Source of the DNA: Candidatus Pacearchaeota archaeon
GTDB lineage: Archaea > Nanobdellota > Nanobdellia > Pacearchaeales > UBA284
Assembly: GCA_026016245.1 (NCBI GenBank)
Contig: CP061211.1
Location: forward strand, 330,001-362,000
Direction of reading: 5' to 3'
DNA length: 32,000 nt
In this document: positions 10,229 to 18,872 of the stretch, piece by piece
Layout: every line of letters begins with the position of its first letter
How positions within the stretch are numbered: the first letter of the stretch is position 1
The notes under the pieces: generated by a model
What the model saw: the letters and a program-made list of their open reading frames with translations, nothing else
The model's database searches: none
Told to the model about the DNA's origin: nothing
Translations under genes and position numbers: made by a program

Positions 10229-10822
10229 ATGGTTCAGACAAAAGATGATTTATTTCAAGGATTAAGGAATTATAGTACAGATGAGCGCAAAGTAGAATTT
10301 ATTGAGGCTGCTATCAGAAAAGGAATGCCGACTGAAGTTAAAATAACTGCTTTAGCTATAAGAGCAGAGATCTATAAGAATAAAAAATGGTTTAATACTG
10401 CTGCAAAAGATTATTGTTCTGCTGCTGATCTTGCCCCAACTTTCAGGGAGAAGATTGATTTATATTTTAAGGCAGCAAATCTATTCTTGGTGGCAGGGGA
10501 CTATTTTGGTGCAGATGATAATTTTAGGAAGGTTCTTGTTCTAGCGTCGCAGGAACAAAAAATTGCATTGCAAAAAAAGATTCATATTTTGTATATAGAA
10601 CATGCACAAAAATATGAACAAGATAGAAAGTATAGCAAAGCGATAAAGGCTTTTTCTAGAATTTTGTCTATGAAAATTTCTTTTGATAAGAAGCTTGAAA
10701 TTTATGATAAACTCTCTGCTATGTATGAAAAGATAGGCAGGCCAAGAGAAGCTGCACATATGCAGGAGCACAAGGAGAATTTGATTGAACATAAAAAAGA
10801 AAAAGGGTTAATAAAAGTGTAG
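10229..10822 (+). CDS. Helical/TPR-like hypothetical protein
   Basis: ORF 10175..10822; ATG at 10229 (MVQTKDDLFQ) just after the nitroreductase stop is the more likely start. SNAP/TPR-like helical repeats (AAKDYCSAADLAPTFREKIDLYFKAANLFLVAGDYFGAD). Confidence 0.65.
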   Translation: MVQTKDDLFQGLRNYSTDERKVEFIEAAIRKGMPTEVKITALAIRAEIYKNKKWFNTAAKDYCSAADLAPTFREKIDLYFKAANLFLVAGDYFGADDNFRKVLVLASQEQKIALQKKIHILYIEHAQKYEQDRKYSKAIKAFSRILSMKISFDKKLEIYDKLSAMYEKIGRPREAAHMQEHKENLIEHKKEKGLIKV

Positions 10823-10842
10823 ATAAAGCAATTCTGTGAAAT

Positions 10843-11874
10843 ATGGGTAAAGAAATTTTTAATAAAATATTAGATCTTGTTCAAGAGTTTAAACAGATTA
10901 GTGATAAACAATTTAATAAATTAGCATTAGAAGTTTTTTCTTATCAGTATAAAACTAACAAATCTTATAAAAAATATTGTGACCGTCTGAAAAAAGACCC
11001 TAGTAAAGTAGATCATTGGTTAGATGTTCCTTTCATCCTTACTAGATTTTTTAAAGATGTACAAATTACTAATCTTAAAGATAAAGAAGTTTATGAGGTT
11101 GGTAGAACTGGTGGGACGGGCCTTCCTGGAAAGGTAGGACATATATTCAGAGATAAAAAAACAGTAGGATTAATGTATACAGCATTCTCAAAAGTTTTGA
11201 GTTATTATACTCCTCTACAAAAAAATAAAGGAAGAAAGTTTTTATTGTTTTATCCACCTGAAAGAGAAGAAGTAGAGGATTTAGGTATAGCAGCAGTCAA
11301 AGGTATTGGAAGAAAAGCTGATGCTAAATTTTTAGATTCTTTTGAAGAGCTCGAAAAGGAAATTAAAAAAGCAAGAAAAAGTCCAGTAGATGTTTTCTTA
11401 GCCTCTCCAATTTTACCTCACTTATTAAGAAAGGCAAAAACTAACAGATGGAAATTTCCAGAAGATACTTTCCTTATAGATCAAGGAAAAAAGAGATCTA
11501 AAGGAATTGGTAAATTAGGAATTTTAAAGCACAATTATGTAAATTTGTATGGTTTAACTGAAGTAAATTCTGAATTTTGTGACAGCGCATATATTAATTG
11601 GTTAGAAAACAATAGAGATCCAGTATATAGGCCTAATTTGCCATGGACAAGAACTATAGCGGTTCATCCAGAAACTTTAGAGAGATTGCAGGAAGGTAAA
11701 AAAGGATTATTAAGACATTATGATTTAACAAATTTAACTCATTGTTTAGCTATTCAGACAGATGATTTGGGTTATGAGATAGAAAAGGGATTTGAAGTTA
11801 TTGGTAAAAAGAAGGGAGCAGAAGCGAAAACATGTTCTTATGTTACCAAAGAATTATTAGGGCTTGAAAAATAA
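10843..11874 (+). CDS. LuxE-like acyl-protein synthetase (adenylate-forming)
   Basis: GRTGGTGLPGKVGHI P-loop-like motif, LYGLTEVNSEF, GLLRHYDLTNLTHCLAIQTDDLGY, characteristic of the LuxE family. Confidence 0.75.
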   Translation: MGKEIFNKILDLVQEFKQISDKQFNKLALEVFSYQYKTNKSYKKYCDRLKKDPSKVDHWLDVPFILTRFFKDVQITNLKDKEVYEVGRTGGTGLPGKVGHIFRDKKTVGLMYTAFSKVLSYYTPLQKNKGRKFLLFYPPEREEVEDLGIAAVKGIGRKADAKFLDSFEELEKEIKKARKSPVDVFLASPILPHLLRKAKTNRWKFPEDTFLIDQGKKRSKGIGKLGILKHNYVNLYGLTEVNSEFCDSAYINWLENNRDPVYRPNLPWTRTIAVHPETLERLQEGKKGLLRHYDLTNLTHCLAIQTDDLGYEIEKGFEVIGKKKGAEAKTCSYVTKELLGLEK

Positions 11875-11875
11875 A

Positions 11876-12370
11876 ATGATAAATAGAAATTTTAGAAAAA
11901 TAATTAATAGATTTTCGGGATTACATAAATTAAAAGAGATGAAGGACAATGTTAGATTCAAATGTCAAAAATGTGGTTTTTGTTGTCGTGCATTTCCTGT
12001 AGTAGCTACTAAAAAAGAAGCTAAACATAACAAATTGCTTATTGAAAATTCTAAGCCAATTATAAAAAATCTGAGATTACTTTCTAAAAAGAAAAATGAA
12101 TGTGTTTTTTTGAATGAAAAAAATGAGTGTGATATAAATAATTCAAAACCAATCTTATGTCAAACTTATCCTTTTTATTATAATAGTAAAAATAAAAAAT
12201 TCTATTATGATATAAATTGTCCAGGGATAGGAAAAGGAAGAAAAATTAATCTAGAAAAAATAAAAAATTTAACTCTCAAATTTGAAAACCAAATTTCTAA
12301 AAAAGAACTAGAGTTGCGTTATTTGCTAATATTTGAAGAAAAAATAAAAAAAGAAAAAATAAAATTATAA
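11876..12370 (+). CDS. YkgJ-type CxxCxxxCC cysteine-cluster protein (putative Fe-S/zinc)
   Basis: RFKCQKCGFCCRAFPV...ECVFLNEKNECDIN..RPILCQTYPFYY-like pattern; ORF track 11864..12370. Confidence 0.8.
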   Translation: MINRNFRKIINRFSGLHKLKEMKDNVRFKCQKCGFCCRAFPVVATKKEAKHNKLLIENSKPIIKNLRLLSKKKNECVFLNEKNECDINNSKPILCQTYPFYYNSKNKKFYYDINCPGIGKGRKINLEKIKNLTLKFENQISKKELELRYLLIFEEKIKKEKIKL

Positions 12371-12382
12371 ATTTTTCTAGAT

Positions 12383-12520
12383 TTATTTAGCAATTGCAGC
12401 CCAGATTCCGAAGATGATTGCTAGCAAACCACCAATCCATAGGAAATATGGATCAAGTACCCATTGATTAAGAATAGCGACCAATCCACCAAGAGCAGCA
12501 ACCCAACCAGTCCATCCCAT
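12383..12520 (-). CDS. Small membrane protein (45 aa)
   Basis: Manual translation MGWTGWVAALGGLVAILNQWVLDPYFLWIGGLLAIIFGIWAAIAK*. Preceded by a strong ribosome-binding site (GGGAGGTTAAAAAAATG). Below the ORF-track cutoff. Confidence 0.7.
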   Translation of the reverse strand: MGWTGWVAALGGLVAILNQWVLDPYFLWIGGLLAIIFGIWAAIAK

Positions 12521-12667
12521 TTTTTTAACCTCCCATTTAATTATTTATTTACTTAATATCTTATAATATCATAGAATCCTTTATTTTTAAATTTTTTCAA
12601 AAAAGAAATAAAGAGAAAAATGAGATATAAATAATATATACTTTAAAACAAAAAAGAAAAAGGGGCC

Positions 12668-12685
12668 AGCTCTCGTTAGAGAGCT
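12668..12685. terminator. Perfect 7-bp hairpin downstream of ftsZ
   Basis: agctctc-gtta-gagagct inverted repeat; on the minus strand it lies about 45 nt 3' of the ftsZ stop and is followed by a T-rich tract. Confidence 0.4.
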
Positions 12686-12730
12686 AGCCGAGAACCCAAA
12701 AGGCTAAGGGGAACATGAAATAAATTAAGT

Positions 12731-13810
12731 TTAGCTGTGGAAAAATTCCACGCCTAGGTCTGACATTACTGGCACTGGAGCTGTTCCTTGTGATTTTGGT
12801 CTGCCCAATACATATGGGCTTTTGACACCTGTAATGATTGTAATAACTCTAACTCTACCTTTGAAGTCTCTGTTAATTCTTGCTCCTAAAATGACTTGCG
12901 CATCAGCACTCAAGTTTTCTACAACTAACTCGCCGATGTTGTTAAGCTCTTCCAGCTTCAAGTCATCTCCACATATGACATGGATCAAAGCACCTGTGGC
13001 ACCTCTATAATCTATGTCAAGAAGTGGATGAGATAGAGCTTGTTTTACTGCTTCCTCGACTCTGTTCTGTGTGTCACTCTCACCTATACCAATAACAGCC
13101 ACATCTCCGCTCTTCATAATAGAAGATACGTCTGCATAGTCTAGGTTAATCAACGAAGGAATTGTTATTGTTTCAACAATACCCTTAATCATTGTACTTA
13201 TAAGCTCGTTGGCTACGGCAAATGCCTGTTCAACTGGCAGATTTCCAGCAATATCTACTAGCCTGTTATTATCTATTACAATAACAGTGTCTGTAGAATC
13301 TCTTAACTGCTGTAAACCAAATTCTGCCTTGTCTACCCTAGCTCTTTCTGTCTCAAAAGGCATTGTAACTACACCTATTGTAACAGCACCAATTTCTTTG
13401 GCTAGCTGTGCTACGATAGGAGCTGCGCCTGTTCCAGTACCGCCACCCATTCCAGCAACAAGAAAACACATGTCTGCTCCACTTATTGCTTTCTTTAGCT
13501 CTACTATAGCCTCTTTAGCTGCTTCTCTTCCTTTTTCAGGATATCCACCACAGCCTAGGCCTCTTGTGAGCTCTTTACCAATGAGTATTTTTTCATCAGC
13601 TTTACTCACAGAAAGATGTAAAGCATCGGTATTGGAGGCATAAACACTTGCTCCTTGGATGCCCTTATTAAAGAGCCATGTTATAGCATTGCAACCAGCA
13701 CCACCTACTCCAATAACCTTAATAGTGGCTTTTCCTGCCCTAAGCTCATCAAAGTTAATGCCATACCTGTCTGCTCCCTCTACAGCCTCTTTTGCAAAAT
13801 CTAAAGCCAT
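12731..13810 (-). CDS. ftsZ: Cell division protein FtsZ
   Basis: IKVIGVGGAGCNA, VAGMGGGTGTGAAP tubulin signature, RARVDKAEFGLQQL; RBS (AAGGAGG) before the start. Confidence 0.97.
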   Translation of the reverse strand: MALDFAKEAVEGADRYGINFDELRAGKATIKVIGVGGAGCNAITWLFNKGIQGASVYASNTDALHLSVSKADEKILIGKELTRGLGCGGYPEKGREAAKEAIVELKKAISGADMCFLVAGMGGGTGTGAAPIVAQLAKEIGAVTIGVVTMPFETERARVDKAEFGLQQLRDSTDTVIVIDNNRLVDIAGNLPVEQAFAVANELISTMIKGIVETITIPSLINLDYADVSSIMKSGDVAVIGIGESDTQNRVEEAVKQALSHPLLDIDYRGATGALIHVICGDDLKLEELNNIGELVVENLSADAQVILGARINRDFKGRVRVITIITGVKSPYVLGRPKSQGTAPVPVMSDLGVEFFHS

Positions 13811-14132
13811 TTTTCCTCCTTTTTCCTTTTGGTCTTTTAATTCTTAAATTAACAAGCCGCACACATACGAAAAATTTATATATATGCATGACTTATTTTT
13901 AGTTGTAGAAAAAGAGATAAAACTGAATAGAAAGCATTCAGGAAAAAATTATTCGACGACTTTCCCCCGAAAGTCGAATAATTTAAATAAATTTATTTAT
14001 ATTCTTAGAGTTAATTTTATTTAAATACATTATTGCAAGTTAACTATTATTTTATAATATATATCTTATAATTCAACTAACAAATAAATTTTCTGAGGAA
14101 ACCTTTTTATATCTTTACTGATAAAATTGTTC

Positions 14133-15419
14133 ATGAAAAAAGAGGGTAGTAAAGAAGGAAAGAGAGTAAAAATTCTAACAGATAAGCAGGAATTTGAAGG
14201 CATATTAATCAAGTCTTATGATATAAAAATTGTTCTTTTAAAATTATCTTCTGGATATAATATTGGTATTGAAAAAGCTAAGATAAAGAAAATTCAAGTT
14301 TTAGAGAAAAAGAAAAAAGAGGAATTTAAACCAAAACTGATCAAGCCAAAAGCAGGCTTGCCTGGAATAGCTATTATTGTGACAGGAGGAACAATAGCTT
14401 CTCGTCTTGACTATGAAACTGGGGGTGTAAAGGCATTGACAAAGCCTGAAGAGATTATTGCTGTAGCTCCAAAGATTCAAGAAATTGCAAAAATAACAAC
14501 TATAGAAATTCCTTTTACTGTTATGAGTGAAGATATAACAAGTGAGAAATGGAAAAAACTAGCTAAATTGTGTGAGAGATTACTGAACAAAAAAGAGAAC
14601 AAAGGTTTGATTATTTTGCACGGGACAGATACTTTACACTATACAGCTGCTATACTTTCATTCATGCTTCAAGATTTAAACAAGCCAGTAGTTTTGACAT
14701 ATGCGCAGAGAAGTATAGATAGAGGTAGTAGTGATTCTCTTCTTAATTTAACATGCTCAGCTCATGCAGCATTAAGTGATATTGCTGAAGTTATGTTGAT
14801 AGGTCATGCTACAACTAATGATAATTTTTGTTTTGCATTAAGAGGAACAAAAGTTAGGAAAATGCATACTTCAAGAAGAGATACATTTAGGCCTATAAAC
14901 ACAAAACCAATAGCAACAATTCATGAAGATGGAAAGATTGAAAAGTATAGCGAGTATAGGAAAAGAAATGTTGGGAAAGTTAAGGCTAATCTAGTTTTTG
15001 ATGATAGAGTATCCTTAATAAAATTCCATCCTAATAGCTCTTCAAAAATAATTGATTTTTACAGAAAACAAGGTTACAAAGGTTTAGTTATTGAAGCTAC
15101 TGGATTAGGTCATGTTTCCACAGAAGGAAAAAAATCTTGGTTAGAGGCTATTAAAAGGGCTGTAAAATCCGGAATGATAGTTTGTTTTGCTCCTCAGTGT
15201 TTGTATGGAAGTCTAAATCCGTTTGTCTATTCAGCTTTAAGAAAACTTTATGATTCTGGTGTCTTGTTTCTAAAAGATATGCTTCCTGAAACAGCATATG
15301 TAAAGTTAGGATTTCTTCTAGGAAAGGAAAGGAATAAAGAAAGGGTGAAAGAATTAATGTTGAAGAATCTTGTTGGGGAATATAATCCTAGATTAACTTT
15401 TGGGGATTTTTTGGTTTGA
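14133..15419 (+). CDS. gatD: Glutamyl-tRNA(Gln) amidotransferase subunit D
   Basis: IVTGGTIASRLDYETGGVKALTKPEE, IILHGTDTLHYTAA, SSDSLLNL, FRPINTKP; ORF track starts at 14127, ATG at 14133 also available. Confidence 0.95.
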   Translation: MKKEGSKEGKRVKILTDKQEFEGILIKSYDIKIVLLKLSSGYNIGIEKAKIKKIQVLEKKKKEEFKPKLIKPKAGLPGIAIIVTGGTIASRLDYETGGVKALTKPEEIIAVAPKIQEIAKITTIEIPFTVMSEDITSEKWKKLAKLCERLLNKKENKGLIILHGTDTLHYTAAILSFMLQDLNKPVVLTYAQRSIDRGSSDSLLNLTCSAHAALSDIAEVMLIGHATTNDNFCFALRGTKVRKMHTSRRDTFRPINTKPIATIHEDGKIEKYSEYRKRNVGKVKANLVFDDRVSLIKFHPNSSSKIIDFYRKQGYKGLVIEATGLGHVSTEGKKSWLEAIKRAVKSGMIVCFAPQCLYGSLNPFVYSALRKLYDSGVLFLKDMLPETAYVKLGFLLGKERNKERVKELMLKNLVGEYNPRLTFGDFLV

Positions 15420-15686
15420 AGGTGAATTTGATAATTCTTCACTCCATTTTTTGATATCCCTACCAACTTTTTCTAGTTTTTCGTATAAAACAGGATCATA
15501 TTCTTTTAATAACCTCAAAGCTTGTTCTGTACGGGGGCTAAGGGAATTATACATTCTGATTTTTCTCTCTAATTTTTTCACACCATATTCTTTTATTAAT
15601 TCAGATAAACCATCTACTTTTTCAACTACATCTTTTCCATATTCTACTGCAATATCTCCAGCCATTATTTTATCGAAATAAAACAT
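15393..15686 (-). CDS. Small helical hypothetical protein
   Basis: 97-aa ORF with helical composition; 3' end overlaps the gatD 3' end tail-to-tail. The + strand ORF over the same interval is less plausible. Confidence 0.5.
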   Translation of the reverse strand: MFYFDKIMAGDIAVEYGKDVVEKVDGLSELIKEYGVKKLERKIRMYNSLSPRTEQALRLLKEYDPVLYEKLEKVGRDIKKWSEELSNSPSNQKIPKS

Positions 15687-16015
15687 TTTTTCCCTTACTC
15701 TTAGAGTCCTTTTCCTTTATATATCTTTCTTTTTGTTACTACACAGAAGTTAAAATAGAAAGCTTTAAATATCACTTTTTCTTTGTTATATTAACATCAC
15801 CCCCCAATTATCAATTAAATCAAATATCAAAAAAACAAAATAAATTAATCAAATATCAGAAGAATCACATTTCACAAATCAAGAATAATATATCAATATC
15901 AAGGGTACTGATTAACCTTACTTCATTTTTATTTGAAAAGGGGATTATTGTATCTTAATATATTGAATAGAAATAATAGGTTTGTGTTAAGTATGTGTTC
16001 TTCTAGGAGTAAAAA

Positions 16016-17233
16016 ATGGGAAAAGTTAGTCCACCTTCAATCAAGTATATTATAAATGCTCAATTTTTTGCAGAAGGTGTTATTGAGAAGCCTGATGTTA
16101 TTGGCGCTATTTTTGGCCAGACTGAAGGTTTGTTAGGAGAAGAGCTAGAACTCCGAGAACTCCAAAAGAGAGGGAAAATAGGTAGAATTGACGCAAGTTT
16201 AGATGTAAAGGAATCAAAGACTACTGGGAAGATTGAAATTCCTACTTCTATGGACAAAGCAGAGACTACTATTATTGCTGCTGCTATTGAAACTATTGAT
16301 AGAATAGGGCCTTGTGATGCAAGGTTTGAAATTAATAGTATAGAAGATGTGAGAAGCAGCAAAAGAGAGTATATCATAGAAAGAGCTAAGAAATTGCTTG
16401 AAAAGTTTAATGGCGAAATGCCAGAACTAAAAGAGATAGAAAAAGATATAATTAATCATTCAAGAACTTCTCGTATTAAAGAATATGGAAGAGAGTTGCT
16501 TCCTGCAGGGCCAAATATTGAGAAATCTGATGAAATTATAGTTGTTGAAGGCAGAGCAGATGTTCTTAATCTCTTAAGATATGGAATAAAAAATACAATA
16601 GCTATGAATGGAACAATGATACCAAGAACAATCAAGGATTTGAGTAAGGAAAAGAAAACTATTTTATTTGTCGATGGTGACAGGGGCGGAGTTTTAATAG
16701 CTACAGATGCTGTTAGTAATGCAAATATTTCCTCTATTGCAAGAGCTCCAGATGGCAAGGAGGTAGAAGAATTAACAGAGAAGGAAGTGATTATTTGTCT
16801 AAGAAACAGCATGAGTACAGAGGATTTCCTTGAGAGATATAAGAATGGAGGGAAAAGATACGGAAAAAAGATCACAAGAACAGTAAGGGAAATGAGAGAG
16901 ATGAAAAAAGAAACAAAAAAGGAGCAGATCATTAAAAAAGAGTTAACAGAAGAGGAAAAAGAAACCCTAAAAAATTATCTTGAAGATATTGAGGGAACAA
17001 AAAATGTTCTTCTTGTTGATAATGATTTGAAAATAATAAAGAAAGTCTCTTCAAATGATATAGTAAGAACATTATATATTTTTAGGAGAAGAAACAAGCA
17101 AGTTTTTGCATTAGTTATGGATACTATAGTCACTCCCTCAATAGTTAATATAGCAGAAAAAATCAATTGCCAGTATATTGTGGCGAGAAACTTCGCAACA
17201 ACTTCAGATAAAATTAAATTATTAAGCTTTTAA
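16016..17233 (+). CDS. dnaG: Archaeal DnaG-type primase (TOPRIM)
   Basis: Starts MGKVSPPSIKYIINAQFFAEGVIEKPDVIGAIFGQTEGLLG; TOPRIM motifs IIVVEGRADVLNLLRYGI and ILFVDGDRGG. Confidence 0.95.
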   Translation: MGKVSPPSIKYIINAQFFAEGVIEKPDVIGAIFGQTEGLLGEELELRELQKRGKIGRIDASLDVKESKTTGKIEIPTSMDKAETTIIAAAIETIDRIGPCDARFEINSIEDVRSSKREYIIERAKKLLEKFNGEMPELKEIEKDIINHSRTSRIKEYGRELLPAGPNIEKSDEIIVVEGRADVLNLLRYGIKNTIAMNGTMIPRTIKDLSKEKKTILFVDGDRGGVLIATDAVSNANISSIARAPDGKEVEELTEKEVIICLRNSMSTEDFLERYKNGGKRYGKKITRTVREMREMKKETKKEQIIKKELTEEEKETLKNYLEDIEGTKNVLLVDNDLKIIKKVSSNDIVRTLYIFRRRNKQVFALVMDTIVTPSIVNIAEKINCQYIVARNFATTSDKIKLLSF

Positions 17234-17261
17234 TTTTTGTTTTTATTTTTTCTTTTTTTAT

Positions 17262-18371
17262 TTATCTGAATGATTTTAAAATTTCTGAAATTGATTTTTC
17301 CTTTACATTTCCAATAACTTCTTTTCTTTCAGGATAATTTTCAAAAAATTGAGCATAACAATTACTTACATAACCATCATGGCTTATTCTTATTTGTTTA
17401 GTAAAAACATCATTAATAGGAAGATAATTTATTATAACTCTGTTAGTTCCATATTCATATTTATTAAATATAACCCCATATTCATCAATAAAAAGATTCT
17501 TTAAATCAATAGTTTCTTTTTCAACTAATTTATCCATTATTGATTTTGTTGTGTCATAATCATTTTTAATTATAATTTCAAGGTCATTGAATTTATTAAA
17601 ATCAAAAATTCTTCCATTGGCAATTTTTTGATATATTTCTACGATTTTTTCATCGGAAATATTTAATTCCCCATTTCCTTTTGGTGTTGGAATATATGGA
17701 GAAATAAGAAGATTTTTTAAACCAAATCCATAACTGGTTTTAAAAAATTCAGGTAAATTTTCTTTATTATGATTATTTAATGTATGAATAATAAATACTT
17801 TTTCTAAGAGCCTAGGATATTCATGCATTAGTTTTATATTATTTATGGTTTTTTCAAAATTACCTTTTCCTCTAATATAATCGTGTTTTTCTTTTGTTCC
17901 ATCAAGACTTATATCAATATAATTTGGCATAATTTCTGCTAGTTCTTTAATAATTTTTTTATTCATTAAAGTAGCATTAGTAACAATACCAAATCTTAAT
18001 TTAGAAATTTTTTCTCTTTTTTCAGCAAGAAAATATAGTAATTCTTTGGTTTTATCCCAACTTAATAAAGGTTCTTTTCCAACATTCCCAAATGTTAGTG
18101 CTCCCATATCAATCAATTCACCAAAAACATTTTTCCATTCTTTAATACTTAATTCATCATTTTTATTATTATAACCAACATAACAATGTCTACATTTGAG
18201 ATTACAAATATTATTAATAAAATAAGAAATATCTAATTCTTCTAATAAATTTTGTTTTGTAGAGAGAGAAGTATGACTATTACTAACACCGCCACAACTT
18301 CCTGAAAATCCTATTGCCATTTTTTTATGATTTGAGATTCCTCCATTGCTTCCTGAAAACCCCATTGCCAT
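17262..18371 (-). CDS. Radical SAM protein carrying two N-terminal GFSGSxGGxS motifs
   Basis: CNLKCRHCYVG 4Fe-4S signature, YIDISLDGTKEKHDYIRG, C-terminal ...SHDGYVSNCYAQ...IGNVKEKSISEILKS. ORF track start 18380 uses TTG; ATG at ~18371 (MAMGFSGSNGGIS) is preferred. Confidence 0.88.
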   Translation of the reverse strand: MAMGFSGSNGGISNHKKMAIGFSGSCGGVSNSHTSLSTKQNLLEELDISYFINNICNLKCRHCYVGYNNKNDELSIKEWKNVFGELIDMGALTFGNVGKEPLLSWDKTKELLYFLAEKREKISKLRFGIVTNATLMNKKIIKELAEIMPNYIDISLDGTKEKHDYIRGKGNFEKTINNIKLMHEYPRLLEKVFIIHTLNNHNKENLPEFFKTSYGFGLKNLLISPYIPTPKGNGELNISDEKIVEIYQKIANGRIFDFNKFNDLEIIIKNDYDTTKSIMDKLVEKETIDLKNLFIDEYGVIFNKYEYGTNRVIINYLPINDVFTKQIRISHDGYVSNCYAQFFENYPERKEVIGNVKEKSISEILKSFR

Positions 18372-18372
18372 T

Positions 18373-18561
18373 TTATTCAAATGATTGCAGAAGTTTCTCT
18401 AATTCTTTGACCCCTTTTTCAAAAATTGGTTTATATTGTTTGTCAACTTGTTCTGCCAATTTTTTATATTTAGTTATTCCAACTTGGACATCTTTTTTAA
18501 TCACTGTTCTATAAAAATCAGATATGCCTCCACCGCTTCCTGAAAACCCTGGTACTGCCAT
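18373..18561 (-). CDS. Small peptide, putative RiPP precursor or rSAM substrate (copy 2)
   Basis: MAVPGFSGSGGGISDFYRTVIKKDVQVGITKYKKLAEQVDKQYKPIFEKGVKELEKLLQSFE; directly upstream of the radical SAM gene. Confidence 0.7.
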   Translation of the reverse strand: MAVPGFSGSGGGISDFYRTVIKKDVQVGITKYKKLAEQVDKQYKPIFEKGVKELEKLLQSFE

Positions 18562-18562
18562 T

Positions 18563-18745
18563 TTACAATTTATCTTCTAAGGAATTGAATAATTTTTTTA
18601 GATTTGAAATTGATTCTTTAAATAAAACTTTATATTGGATTTTTGATTCATACTGGTCAATTAACTTTTGGATATCCCCTTTCTTTAGCTTCCTATACGT
18701 TCTACTTATGCCTCCATTGCTTCCTGAAAACCCTGGTATTGCCAT
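18563..18745 (-). CDS. Small peptide, putative RiPP precursor or rSAM substrate (copy 1)
   Basis: MAIPGFSGSNGGISRTYRKLKKGDIQKLIDQYESKIQYKVLFKESISNLKKLFNSLEDKL; first gene of the minus-strand cluster and a paralogue of 18373..18561. Confidence 0.7.
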   Translation of the reverse strand: MAIPGFSGSNGGISRTYRKLKKGDIQKLIDQYESKIQYKVLFKESISNLKKLFNSLEDKL

Positions 18746-18872
18746 TGTATTAGAAATAGACAGTTAGAGAAGAAGAACCTTTTCCTCATTTTTTCCTTTA
18801 AAATTAAAAAAAAATATTAATCTATTTAATAGTAGAGCAAAAATTTATAAATAAAATACCCTATTAGTTTCT

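Noticed and set aside
4400-12700. Shared gccgagaac string near 4410 and 12690 as a common RNA element
   Set aside because: Only ~9-10 nt is shared, in opposite orientation relative to the neighbouring genes, and the 4410 copy lacks the AGCTCTC hairpin; likely coincidence.
12822-13643. Plus-strand ORFs inside ftsZ
   Set aside because: Antisense shadows of a confidently identified ftsZ.
15800-15900. Short repeated atcaaatatca strings upstream of dnaG as CRISPR or tandem array
   Set aside because: Only two ~11-nt AT-rich copies with no spacer/repeat regularity; consistent with low-complexity intergenic DNA.
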